Positions 26,976 through 40,416 of a stretch of DNA of 64,000 bases are shown here, piece by piece (position 1 is the first letter of the stretch; each line of letters begins with the position of its first letter). The stretch is from Blasia pusilla. Lineage: Eukaryota. The position numbers and the translations under genes were made by a program. The notes beneath the pieces were generated by a model. That model saw only the letters and a program-made list of their open reading frames with translations. It searched no databases and had not been told where the DNA came from. The DNA lies in assembly GCA_050084515.1 (NCBI GenBank), contig CM114271.1:45384001-45448000 (forward strand). The letters run 5' to 3'.

Positions 26976-29514
26976 ATTTCATGCGCCTACTTCTCTCAAT
27001 CTCTAGTATTGTCAAAGTGTACGTTCAGTAGATCATGCTCTCCTTACAAATCCTTACCCAAACACACTCTTGTTACCCATTGTTTGGGTCAACTATCCGT
27101 GCGTCTCCTTGAGTTCTCAACTATGGCTATCTAGCAAGCTTAATAGTTCCTACCCCCTCACTTCCAACATGGGCTAGTGTTCCTAGAGTTAGGATAGACT
27201 TCCTAGATAGTCTAGACACCTAAAATAGTGCTCGCGCGCCTGGTGGTTCCAGCTATCCAATGAACCAAAAATGAGTCTCTATCCCAAACCCAAGGATTAA
27301 GTCACAATTGGGTTAACATATGGAATTTTGTCCCTCACACTTGGCATAGTGTCTATACCATGAAGCCAACCTCCCAATCCATTTCGTATCCTTGATTTGT
27401 CCCGCGGTGCCCAAAAGTACAGTTCAAGTCCCAAGCATCCTTTAAAGACGATTCCCCTTATATATAATTAGAGAGATCTCCACCCCCTTCCCACCTTTAG
27501 GATCCTCTTGGACCGCTCATTCTGGCCCTTGACCCAAGTACCAATGTGATAGTTTATGGGCAAGTTCTATGTGTGTAGTAATGTGCGTAGTCGTTTATAT
27601 AGAGTTTCTTGTTTGGCATTGTGTTTTTTAAAGTACTTACTAACAAGTTTATTCACAATTGTAACTTAAGTTTCGTGCCTCCATCTATTTCACAAACTCC
27701 CCATCATCCATATCCCCCTCCATCATGGTCACCAAACTAGAAGCAATGATGACTTCCCATTATGATACAATCTCCAATGGGATACCAAACTCAATTTCAA
27801 CCTCCTTAGCCTCATATTGGGTAAACATCTTAACAACCACCATGGGTAAGTTTACAATTGAGTTACTTGTGATTAACGAATCTTTTTGTGAGAGAGGGAA
27901 CATTACTATGTGAAAGGTGTGTATTTTCCCTCATACAAGGGAGGAGTTATTCCCATCCTCTCCACCTTCATTGGTTCCAGGAAATTGAGTTGGTAATGTA
28001 GACGTGCATCTTAGAAGGACATAATCATGTGCAACATCAAGGTTGATCAAAGATATCACCCCACGAGAAGTTGCAGCAACAAGTATCCTTCCCAACTTAT
28101 AAAATAAATGTTACCAATCCTTATTATTCATGCACACATATGTTCTTTTTTATCTTTAACATATTTTAAACTTTAACACAATCATGGATTTGTTGGGTCG
28201 GTTTGACTTTAAAAGGGAGAAAGGAGAAGTTCTATGAAACGAGATTTGTAGATACATGATGGACATGCTGAAAGAGAGCATAATTTAAAGCCTTCTTTCG
28301 ATTTGTTTCCGAATGGCCATCCATATACGAAGGTTAAAGGTTATGAGCTTTGACTCTTAAAGGAGGGCAAAATGAAAGCAAACAAGTTGGTTTGGGCAAG
28401 GTCCAAGGCTGAAATTTCAATTACAATGGTGCGTAGAGCAAGTCTAGATGGGCTTCATATAATTCACCTTGTTATCTCGCCGATTCAGTCATACATATCT
28501 AAGATTCACAAATGCTTTTACAATAGGGTTTGCTCTTCTGTTCTATATACGTAGGATATAATCTCGATGAAACTTGAGGATGTATTACAAGTGTCTGAGG
28601 TTGCTCTAAGGGTTATACAGCCTTGTAGTAGGATTGAAGGAGGTTAAAATCTTTCTTCGATACAATGTTTCCCCTATCTTTGATTTCATTGATGTCCGTC
28701 TCTAAGTCATTTCCTCTCACCTCATGAACATCTTGGGTACAATATAATTAGTTAGTATCGGCTTTGCACGAAGCATTGATCTTATATATTTTTTGACTCA
28801 AATAAGCATGTTTAGGGAGTTAAGGGCCACTAAATAAGAGATATAAGACAAACAATAACGATTGTAGAGGGTCTTGAGACTATATATTTTCCAAATGATG
28901 AATGGTTTAAACAGCTCCTTCCTTCCACTTATGCAAATGCATGTAGACATTAGTGAGTAGTTATCATGTACAACCATGCTCCCAAAAAAGAAAGCTTACA
29001 TTGCACATAATAGCCATAACCATTCTCGAGAGTTGTTATTTCAATAAGATGGTGCAAAAAAGTAAGGTAGCATCATGGTTACATATATGTTTTCCAATTT
29101 AGAATTCAAATGGAGAATAGTGCAAATCCAAGCCTCGCAAAAATCTAAGCTCTCAAATGTCCTTATTCTTTGTAACATGCGATTGTATGGGTTGCTCGCT
29201 TTTCCGTCTTATTGCGATTATTCTAGCTTATAACACTCTTCCTTAACCTTACGCTTTATTGAGTTAACTTTTGGTGTCACTCATAGAGTAGCTCTCATAT
29301 TAACAACATGAGATAATCTTACACCTCACTAGCCCACTTCTTTAAAATCTTCATCTTCATTTTCTCAAAGTATTATATTTTATGAAATTTCAACATGAGG
29401 ATTGATATTGACATGACTTACGTGTTCTACAAGACAAATTTCTTAGTCTAGTCATTGTTTATTATGTCGTGTCATTGCAAGAGAACTAGGTTAGTGGTTG
29501 GTATAATAAAAGGT

Positions 29515-29937
29515 TGTCATGTCTTTTAGGATAGTTCAAAGAGATTTAGAAGAGGGCATTGGAGATAGTGTAACATAGCCTCATGAGGTCGAAGATGAAC
29601 TGTTGAGGCCACGGATAACCTAAAAGAGCTTGTTTCCCTTTTGTTTCGGCTTATATGTAGCCATATATAGAAACTTACTATTTCAAGTATGTTCCCTTTT
29701 GGAATATAGTTGACTTTGTACTTTGGGAAGTGGCCATTGACCCCCTACAAGAGGTCAAGAGCCAAGGAGGTGACCTTCAAGCAAAGGTTACCGTGGAGAG
29801 GGAAGGGGTATACCTCCAACAGAGATAGCTCATTCTCTCGTTGTTGAACTTCTTGGAATGAGGCGGAAAAACTATGGTCCTCTTTGCCTTGTGTGTGTAA
29901 CCCAAGTCTCTCATTATGAGAGTGGGTTTGGTTTGAC

Positions 29938-30011
<74 letters not shown>

Positions 30012-30178
30012 GTGCACACCGTGTGAGACCTCGTTGTTGTGAGAGATTTTATTCAAGATATTTTGATACTTCTCGTCTCATTGTCTGGATGCCATGAGTT
30101 AGCATGCATTCATGTGTATTTATGTGTATCTTTGGTGACAACGATGTATGTTGTGTAGCGATGTGTGTACGCACGATA
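29515..30178 (+). mobile_element. Solo A-B terminal unit of gypsy family 1 with 4-bp TSD (AGGT)
   Basis: Reverse complement of 43369-44022. Begins TGTCATG and ends CACGATA. Flanked by AGGT at 29511-29514 and 30179-30182. Confidence 0.85.
29941..30008. repeat. (AG)n microsatellite, ~34 units, inside the solo unit
   Basis: Direct reading. Sister copies carry only a few CT units at this position. Confidence 0.97.
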
Positions 30179-33100
30179 AGGTAGACCATGTGGAAAATTT
30201 GGAAAATAATTGAATCACTATATGATATTCTTACCAACATGAAATATCAATATGCTAAGTATCACTACACTAGTCATTCGTAAGATTCCAATTCATAAAT
30301 ATTTTGAATGACTCACAATGACTTTGTGAGTATTGATTTAACAACTACCAATAAGTAGGAGAGCTTTCTTGCACGTACTAACGATGGCTCTTGGAGTTGG
30401 ATGATCATATTTTATATTTATCAATAACGAAACGAGTTAAGTCATTGAAATTTGACAAAAATATTGTGTACTATGTAAGCGACTACATGAGTTGCCATGT
30501 GTAGCATGTAAGTAACTACCTTAGTTTTGATATGGAGGGAATAATTAGAATACTCATTCCCACGCGTATTTATGAGTCAAAATTAATCGATTGTCAAAGT
30601 TGATTGACTACGAGAGTCATTATTTAATGTTTAATAGAGTAATACTGAATTGGTTACTTTTTCATTGATTTACTTATAGTATATGACTTGGCATGTTGTT
30701 ATTGTACAACTAAAGTAGTTATTAGTTTTAGGAAACTCAAGGTTATTATCCATTCATTTGATGGGTAAGAATGTGGCTAATAGATATAGCCACCTTTGCT
30801 TGTCAAGTTGGATATGCAGCATGAGTCAAACATGTACAAGTTTGTTGTTAACATTGAAAACGATGCTAGATTAGGCCTTACAGTATTAAGCATTGTAACA
30901 AGATAACATCGAATACTACATCATAAGACTATCATTTTCTATAAAATTGAACATAGAAAATAGTTTGTTCACTAACACAAACAAGTACTTGGTTCCATTC
31001 ATTTCCAAAAATACATGGAGAATTAAAAGAACTCGTTGTATACAAACAAATATTAAACAAAGTTCTTTAGTAAAGCCAAATAAGCATCCTTTGGAACCTG
31101 AGAATATTGGTAAAAAAAAATGGCATGATGCTAGAACGCGAGTGGTTGCGCAAAGAAAAGCGAAGGCGAGAATGATCTAAATGGTGGTCAAGATATCCAC
31201 TTTGTAACGATCTAGGTTCTTGACATGGAAGGTCTGTCTGACATGGTCTGCTTCAAATTTCTTCCAACTTTTATGGCCTTGAAGATTTCTCGAGAGCAAT
31301 ACACACCGATCATCCAAGGGCGAGGATGATCCAACCTTGTAAGGGAGAGTGCAAGGCTAAGTAAGGATGAGCATTAACTAGGTCGAGATGGGCGCAGTTG
31401 AGATGAGCTCACAAGGAATAAGTACGCTCTGGAAATGAGCGCTACTAGGAAGTATGAGCGCGAGTGCTTTATTTTTCTTGATTTTTTCCTACCTATTTTT
31501 TTCTACTTCACTCACATTTAAAACATCAATTTGACCTCTTCTCTTGTTTTCTCCCTCTACTTCATCTTTTATATTAATTTTCTTTTTTTAACCCTTATTT
31601 TCCCATTATACTTGGTGTTAGTTTTAAAAATATTGAAATTTTAATATAGAGTATAATAATTCATTTTGGGAAAAGGTCTCCATCTACTCAACTTATTTCA
31701 TTGATTATTTCAATTCATCCCATTGTTTATTTGTAACCTTGTGTGCTAATATCTCTACCACATTAGTCTATATTTATGTCAACAACATGATTAGGAGGAT
31801 GGATAATCTTGCACTTCGTGATATCAACAATTTTCTAATTACATTTTGATATGTTGAAGTAACCAATACGCAATCGTTACAATATTCCAACATTTGGTTA
31901 CATTTCATGTATTATCTTTGTTTTTATGTGCATTATTGCTCTTCCCAATGGGTCGAATTATTTCATATGTAGAATTTCCGCTTTTTATTTTATTTTTACT
32001 TCCTCTTATAGGATTAGTGCGATTATGAAAAATTACTCCAGGCCGAGTGCCCAAAAAAGAGGAGATGAAAGAAATCAACAATCCGTGTGACTCATTCAAT
32101 CGTCTTCTATCCATGGGCCGTATCTTATTACCATGGTAATCTTTAGTATGCATATTCTGAGGTTTTTTATACAACCTTCTTTTAACCAATCTTCAAACTT
32201 CGCATACTTTTTATTCCATAATTCTAACTTCTATTCGTGATTTTTGAAATAGATTGCATGGGGATATAAAAATGAAGATGACATATTTTTGCAAAGACTT
32301 TAGTACTCAAAAAATATAAATCAACGATCTATCCTAGAGAGCATAATAGAAAAAAATCAAGCCTACCTACAAGGAAGAGGTGGTGTTTCTCCTTTATTTA
32401 TTGAGGCCATATGTGATGCTCCATTTACCATCATCAAATATCTATTGAAATCCATGATTCATAATCTTTTAAGATATACTCATTTAATGCATCGAATTGT
32501 TGAGCAAGCCTCTTTATTAGTCATGGATTAAATGTCTCTTTCGAGATTGCTCATTTATTAATTCTGATTTTTGTTGAGAGAGTTATACAAGTCTCTAATC
32601 CGATAATTCAATCTTACACAAATTTGCAACTTTTGGGAGAGAGATATTCAATTATTAAGATTATGAGGAAGTATCGACCATGTCATCTATTGTTATACTA
32701 TTAGCTCTATGTTATAAACATGCCCTTTGTGCTATTCCCTGCATTGGAAGTATGAAAAGTTGGGTACAAGGTTTCATAACTTATCCTTTGATATGTATTG
32801 TGATCTTATTAGTATTCTCTAATTAATCGAAAATAAAATTACCTATGTAGGACATATCGTATAATAGGGTTATCAAATAAAACTTAACGTAGATATTTTC
32901 TTCAATGAAAAAATGGATGACAAGTCTATGATAGTCAAAGGAACAAGATCTAGCATAATGTTCAGATCGATAAGAAGATTTTATGGTATAAATTCAAACA
33001 TCGATATATAGTGAAACTGGCGAATAAGTCATAAATCTCAATGAGTAACATAAGAAATATGGGAATATGAACTTGCAAAGGCAACAAAGTCTTTCCTTAT

Positions 33101-33304
33101 CTAATATAGTAATAAGACTTCATAAATTATCAAGTCTTACTAGAACAAATATATGCCTAATTTTCCAAACTGGAAAACAAAATTCATTCCGAACGCAAGA
33201 AAAAAAGAGCATCCAATATGTTGGAATTGATTGACAATTATATGTGGACAACATCATAGCATACCCTTAGTGGCTACCAATATTTTGTTTCATTTAATTT
33301 ATGA

Positions 33305-33327
33305 ATATATATATATATATATATATA
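33305..33327. repeat. (AT)n microsatellite
   Basis: Direct reading. Confidence 0.9.
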
Positions 33328-33499
33328 CAATTTATGAAATATGTGTATTATAAATATTTATAATTATAAAAGACAAGTATATTAACTTGCATATTCTTAC
33401 ATTATGTTATGATGGAGTTGTATAGCATTTATCAATAAAATTTGACGACTACTTGTAGTATAATGACATCTAATGACTAGTTACCTTCCATTATCATTC

Positions 33500-34534
33500 A
33501 CGTAAAAATATAATGTTTGAGCAAAAGAGCAGACATATTGTTGTGACGATATATGTTAAGCTGAATAAGAAATAAGAACACTTATAAGGTGTATTGGGCA
33601 GAGTTTGCAACATAAACTATGAGAATAATAGTTTAAGTTGCAGCGAGTAAAAAGTGAAAATTACATCAAATAAATGTTAATAATTCCTTCTTAAATAGAG
33701 CTTTGTATGAGGAGGTATACATGACTTAACCACATTAATACTAGCATCTGTAATTTCCATTATGTATACATATATTAAAGAAAGATTTATACCAGTTTGA
33801 GAAAACTCCAAGAGTTTGATATAAAAATATTACATATTTTATATGAGAGGTTGGCTTTAGGGTCTGTGATCATTGTTCCTCACTATATGTTGTAGGACGA
33901 CTAGACCATACAATTATTATTGCATTGTATGTTGATGATCTATTGATTAGTATGAGTATTGAGATCCAACAAATAAAGGTAAATTTACTATCAAAATTTA
34001 ATATGAAAGACACAAGGGAATTGAAGTAATTCGTTAGTATTCAATATATCAAGGTTTGAGAGATCATATGGTTATTGCAAATATAATATACTTTTCACAT
34101 GCTTTCAAAAATATTGTATGACAACTTGTAAGCCAACATCTGCGTCATTAAATTAGGGTGTGAAATTAAGAATGAATGAAGGAGAGTTGTTTATAGATTT
34201 CAATATGTATGTACACATGGTTGGAAGTTTGATTTATTTGACTAAAACTAGGCAAGACTTGAGCTACGTAGTTGGTTACTGAGCGAGTTTACATGAGCAC
34301 CTCGGAAACCTCACCTTGATGTTGTGAGAAGGATTTTTCCATGTGTGAAATTAATATTATGTTTGGGCTTCCATTTGAACCTTGTTGAAGTTTATAGTGA
34401 CTAATTGGGCACGAAGAGTGTTTGATAGAGACTCTACATCTACTAATTCCTTTAACTTGGTAAGCACAATTATAAATTCGAGTTTAGAGAAGCAGTCTAC
34501 ATTTGCTTTATTTTTAGAAAAGGTTGAATATAGA
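33500..34534 (+). pseudogene. Ty1/copia reverse transcriptase and N-terminal RNase H, heavily decayed
   Basis: Remnants read ALY, IIALYVDDLLI, KFNMKD, CKPT, MVGSLIYLTKTRQDLSYVVG, PRKPHLDVVRRI and KQSTFALFLEKVEYR (canonical KQxxVALSSTEAEY). Confidence 0.85.
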
Positions 34535-37500
34535 TGTTGTGCGCATACACATCGCTACAAAACCCACATCGCTGGTCACATCTACACACCACACAACACC
34601 GATCTTCCCAACCATAAGTCGATCAATCCATAAACCAAACAACTCAATCATATACATCGAGACCCCACACAAAATACATGAGTATGAAAAACGGCTCACG
34701 TGCCGTAAAACTCCACTCATGAATCTACATTGACATATCGAGCCACATCCACCCTCCGTTATGAGGAAATCTGGATGCTAGCACCCTAGCTGCTACACAC
34801 CCACACACACATACACATGCAAGAAAGGTGCTCTTAAGGCTCAACATGAGAAAGATGGCATGAGAAAGCCATCTCCCTCGCTCTTATACCCTTGGGAAGA
34901 GCCTTTTGGCTCTTCCCCCCAAAATAGCCCTCCCAATGGTAACCTACGTGCATAGGTTATCGGGTGACTGTTGACTTGGTCATCGGGTTATCTGACGAAC
35001 TGAAACCAAAATAGAAAAATTTCCATAAACAACGTCCCTAACACAATAGACCTATTTCTAACCTCATCCGACATCTAGGGATGAAGTTACTCTCACGACA
35101 GTCCGCTGGCTCTCTATGCCGTCACCACAATAGATCTCTATCTATCGACTACTAAGATGTGACAATTATCGTGCGTATACACATCACTACATAACCCACA
35201 TAGCTAGTCACATCTACACAACACACAATACCAATCTTCTCAATACATCGGTCGATCAATCCATAAACCAAATAACTCACACATATATATCGAGACTCCA
35301 CAACCGCCCCCTAGTTGGCAGTTGGGTGCTCCTAACTCTAGATAGTAAACATCTATGTATCTGACATGATCTACTATTCTATACATATATAGCACCATCG
35401 ATGCCATCGTCCCCGCAACACTGCCACACTACAGCAATCCGCCGTGTTGATCCGTCCGAAAACACTCTCGTACCCTACGCCAAACGCTACCACATGACGC
35501 ATGTGGTACCCGCATACATGAAATCTCTACCCTAAGAGCACGATTGTCACCCGACTCCATCTGCTCCAAGACATAAGCACGGCTCCACGCTTGCCTCTTA
35601 AGCTCATCTACAATCCATGTAACTCACCGCTCATCTCCAAGAACAATAAAGAAGCTTTGCACCATAGGAAGAGACACCCACCCTGACATGTCTCTCTATG
35701 GGACTATCCGCTACAGAAATATCCTATGCATGTATGCTCCTCTCTCCAAATTATCTGCTCAGCTAACACCGCATGTGAATGCTGCCAACGTGGTCACTGT
35801 ATCCTCGGGTGGCGGACCACCACTACCTCCTGCAAGTTGCACTGGTAGATGGCTCACTCGTCCATCACTTGATCGCCATCCTCGCCGATAAGAAATTTTC
35901 TCCTCTCAAAAATCCATAATGATCCTAAGGGAATACAACACCATACTCCCTACCAACATACAACTCTATCGGTGTCATAATCGCATGAGTGCGCGCGATC
36001 GCACTATCTGTCTCATGCTCTGGCTGGAGTCTAAACACTAACTCATGTCAAGTCATGTAGTGCATGGATGAAACGCCCCCAATAGAGGGTTGTATCTGAA
36101 AGGAACAATGCTTGATGTTTCCTTTCCGTAAACCCAATGCCAAACACGCTGCATTCTCTAACATCAAGGGATGCACTCCCAAATCAAGTAGGATACGTTG
36201 CGGGTGATACACCGTACTTGTGGGACTAACCAAGCAAAACACTCTAGCTCGGATATCCAACAACACCACATGGTGTGATCATGTCTCACTCTATTGTTGG
36301 CCTAGCTTGCATATCTACCAACTTCGCTGCCGCAACATGCCATGACTTTGTGGAAGACGTCCCGAGCACGTGCTCCGAGGGCAAGTCCACCACCTCCTCA
36401 ACTACCTCTGAACGAGAGGCAATCATCTCTCCGCGCTCACACAATGTAGCAACCAGCCAAAACACCTCCGTTGGTCTCACTCCCATCGTCGCCAACTCCA
36501 TGGTGGAAAACAACAAAGTCAAGCTCATCCTAGTGGCCACCTCCAAAAACGTGGTCCACACTAGCTCCACCTGAGTTGGCATAGAACTCGTGTCTCCAAC
36601 TCTTCATGAAGTGGATGCACCTGCCTTACCCATGGGTACTACTGGTCATTAAGGCATCATAAATGGTGTACGCATTGCCTGCAACAACGTGAACGACTGG
36701 GGAACCCTTACCTGGCACCCATCAATCTCCTTATGTGGGTCAATCTCAACCCCATCTCTCGATGGCTCAATTACTCTTGTAGCACCTCGAGTCACCATCA
36801 TAGCAGCTCAACTTGAGCCGCACTACACATAAATCCCATACCAGCAGAATCCTCACAAGTATCGTGGTAAGATGTGGAGGCAAGTGCCACACTAGCTACT
36901 CTCGGCTCCGTGCCTGCCCTTAGCTGCATCATTATCATGGCAGCAATCCTCTGCTCCAACTGATCGATGCGAGTAAGGAGCGCTGCATCAGGTGCACGTC
37001 CTCCATCCCTTGTGACTGGTGATGGAACTCTACCACCACGATCATCCACTACTTGATCTCCACCAACCCTCTTGCAACCAAGTCCTCTACCTACCTCAGG
37101 ACATACCTCTCGGAGAAGATGAAAATACCTATCCCTAGTGTGAACGGATCGATGACAATGATCACACTACAACTATGGTGAGGCCATCCTAGGTGGCTCT
37201 TGAGCAATTAGATGCGCCCTCAGCCCTTTACTATGATGTGGGTAGTCCCTCCACCTATGTGGTCCATCACACGTCCAACAAGCCCACCCTAGTCCTTGCA
37301 AGGTAACATATATCGGTACGGTTGTTGCCTTATTGGCTCACGATATCCGCCCTGCTCTCTAGGCCCATCGGCCCGCTCCGGTGGTACGGGTGCATGGAGG
37401 ACCACCTGTGGCTCTACTCCTACTCGTGGACCCCTTGAATCTCAAAAAAATCGTGTGGTCACAACCTGCTCCCAGATCATGTTGAGCTCTATCCACTCAG

Positions 37501-39985
37501 ACAACTCGATGATCACCTTCAATGTGGGAGCACACTGTGTGAAGCAACATCACATCCTGAACTCTCCTCTACAACTCCTGGTCCAGCACCCCGTACCAAA
37601 ATTGTACTAATTGTGCCTTATTCATCCCATATGTTGCAATGATCAGCCGTTGCATGCGCATGAACGCCTCCTTCAAACTCTCACCCGATCTTCGCTCAAA
37701 ATCCTATAGACTCTTCAGCTTGTCGGTCCGCACGCTTTGGTAGCTCCTCCCCAACTGTCAGAAGAACTCCATTGTAGGACTGAAACTCAGTGGAACTCTA
37801 CCATGAGAGGTTTGTGCCATCTCACCACTCTCATTGCCATCCTCTCCATCTAGTCCCCGAGCTAATGGCGTAGGCCTCTCCCCTCTCACTATCCCATCAT
37901 ACACCTCATGGCCGCTAGTGGACACATACCCTGGACACATACCTTCAAGCATCAATCTCTAATGAGTGTAAAGATAAAAAATCCATGTAGTCATCCATAG
38001 GAGGACCCTCTAAATATTTGAACAGACTCTTCCACGCCATGAAAGGGTTGAACCACGCAGGGGCGCGTATATCCTGGTAGTCGCACCATATGTAAAACTC
38101 CTAGAAAAAGTCATCTACATCTATGGTGCCTACCGCACCCAAGAAACAACTCATGCCCTGATGGCCCATGTCATCCATCTCTCTCAACGTATCATTGTCC
38201 CCGTCCGTGATCTCGTCACCAAACCCCTTGTCTAGTGATGATGATCCAGCCACGGATGAGAGTTGGCGCGGGGTGGTTCCTCACTAGAAACCCCTCAATA
38301 CCTCACACCACTCCATGTCACTCCACTACCACTGCTTGCACTACCCCTTTCTTCTAAACCCTGGAAGAACGTCGTGATGACAACCATGTCTCACCCGCTC
38401 AAGCACTTAGACTTACCAATAGTCTCACACTCCTCACTAGCTCACCTATGCTAATGGTAATCCCGTGACAACATACCCAAACTCACGCACCCTCAACACT
38501 TGGGCTCACCATGAGCCTCCCAAACAAACTCACCTAGACTACCGACACTGTCAGGTCATACACACGAACCCTACTAGGCAATCGCCGTATATTTACAAAC
38601 ATGCTATACATGCATGGAGACTACACTCGTCACCATTGCTACATCCATCTAGCACCAATGACTACCCGACACCCATCACTCTCTATGACATGAGACAAGT
38701 GCGGGAAAAGGGACTCGAATGGGTAACCTCAATATGCCAACCAATCTACTACATGTCAACCCTAACTCCTCCATGTGGTAGAGCAACCTCCGCAACACAA
38801 CCATCTTCTTGCACAACACGTCAATCCTCCATCAAAACCCTCTTACCCACAGTGGATGAAGGACAACTACGGCGACCCCCACGCAACTTGCAACTACGGA
38901 AAAACTCCCGTCGTGGATCCCATCCGCGCTCGCGGTACACCAAGTCCCCAAAAACTCTCTCCCACTACATGACCCAACTCAACCACGTTCAACTCCCTCA
39001 ACCCGATAATGTGAATCAACCACGTCCAACTCCTTGCTCTACCATGTTGACCTGTTCACCAACCACGTCTCCTCAAAGGACCACGTCCGCCCTACCAATC
39101 ACGTCCAACATGCCCTCCAACATCCGGCTTGCCTACCACGTCTGCACTCAATCACGTCTGCCCTAAGGGGTCTAAATGGGGGGAAGTGGAAGTAAATTCG
39201 TGGGGGGGGGGAAGGCCCGCAACCCTATGGGCCTTAATTGTTGGGGGAGGAGGGGGATAGGGGGCGCGATACCCTATGCGCGGCCCCTACCAAACTTCTC
39301 TCTCAACCCACCTTCCACCTCCTTAGCTGTAGCTTCGGCCTGTCCGCATGCCTCCCTATGAAACCGCGACCCTCGTAGCCAGACTCCTACTCTACGCATA
39401 TCCATGTGGCTCAAAGTGACCTAAAACAACTCTACAACCAAGCGGCCGTGACCTAGCTTGGCCGCCCTCACGGCGGCTATGGCGACTTGATCTAACATGC
39501 TTATCTTCCCGCTTGTTCAATATGCGCCGCTCTCTCGACGTTGCTACCTACACGCTACAAACGAGCACTCCTTTTCCATTATCCTTCGTCAACCCGCACT
39601 AGCAAGAAATGAGAAAAATGGACAAGGCTTCTGCTCACAATCTCCCGAATGTAAAAATGATAACAAAATGCCAACCAGCGTCTCCAAGGGCTCCCCAACT
39701 GAGGCAACTCGCTTGCCTTCCTGCAACCAATGAATTCCCTGCCCCCTTGTATCTTTCTCATGTAAAATTTGAGTTGTAAAAATGGCTCATCCGGCCTAAA
39801 CTTCACTCATGAATCTACATTGGCATGTTGAGCCACATCTACCCTCTGCTATGAGGGAATCTGGACGCCAACACCCTAGCTCCTATACACACACACACAT
39901 ACACACACACATGGAAGAAATATGCTCCTTATGCTCAACATGAGAAAGATGTCTTGAGAAAGCCATCTCCCTCACTCTTATACCC
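34535..39985 (-). mobile_element. Ty3/gypsy element copy 2 (family 2): split repeats B 34535-34669, A 34670-35164, B' 35167-35302 and truncated 5' A 39761-39985; gag and protease remnants, most of pol deleted
   Basis: The repeats are directly visible. PPT-like AGGGGGCGG lies on the minus strand at ~35304-35313. Protease-like ILLDLGVHPLML is in ORF 36048-36269. A knuckle remnant CDHCHRSVH is at ~37140-37170. Gag 37940-38230 resembles 15370-15620 and 47150-47450. Confidence 0.85.
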
Positions 39986-40049
39986 ATCTGTGTATAAGAG
40001 TGAAGGAGAATGCTACATCACTTGAGGTACCCTAAGACATTAGGGTACT

Positions 40050-40260
40050 TTAAGTGGTGTACCATTAAGCTTAAGAATACTCATTTATTTCAAGCTCGAA
40101 CTAACATCCAGAAATGCACTCGCTTAATTAGAGAGAAAGTGATTGCAAAAGAAATTGGTCTTGTTTATATAGATATAGATCAACAACTTTTTGATAGATT
40201 TATAAAGATATAGCATAGAAATCAATTTGAGATGTTTAGAAATATTTTTGGTATGAGAGA
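40050..40260 (+). pseudogene. Continuation of the same copia RNase H after the gypsy insertion
   Basis: TIKLKNTHLFQARTN...LIREKVIAKEIGLVYIDIDQQLFDRFIK matches canonical AIxLAKNPVFHARTKHI..FIREKV..GEI...Q.ADIFTK. Confidence 0.8.
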
Positions 40261-40416
40261 TATTGATATGAGCTCGAGGAGGAGTATTGAAGATTGAATT
40301 ACATTCAAACTCATTAGACATAAACTACTATATTTTCTACTTACATGAAGTAGGAAAAACTTAATCTTTGGTTAAGTATTTAAGCATGATTGTCTTAACT
40401 AGGTTTAGTTAATCGT

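Noticed and set aside
29745-30056. ORFs with poly-(SL) tract
   Set aside because: Translation of the (AG)n microsatellite.
32000-33300. Possible hAT transposase remnant (CH..H-like stretch near 32680)
   Set aside because: Too decayed to support by eye; needs a translated profile search.
38465-39166. 233-aa Thr/Pro-rich plus-strand ORF
   Set aside because: It lies antisense in the C/A-rich 5' internal region of gypsy copy 2, is low complexity and has no recognisable domain.
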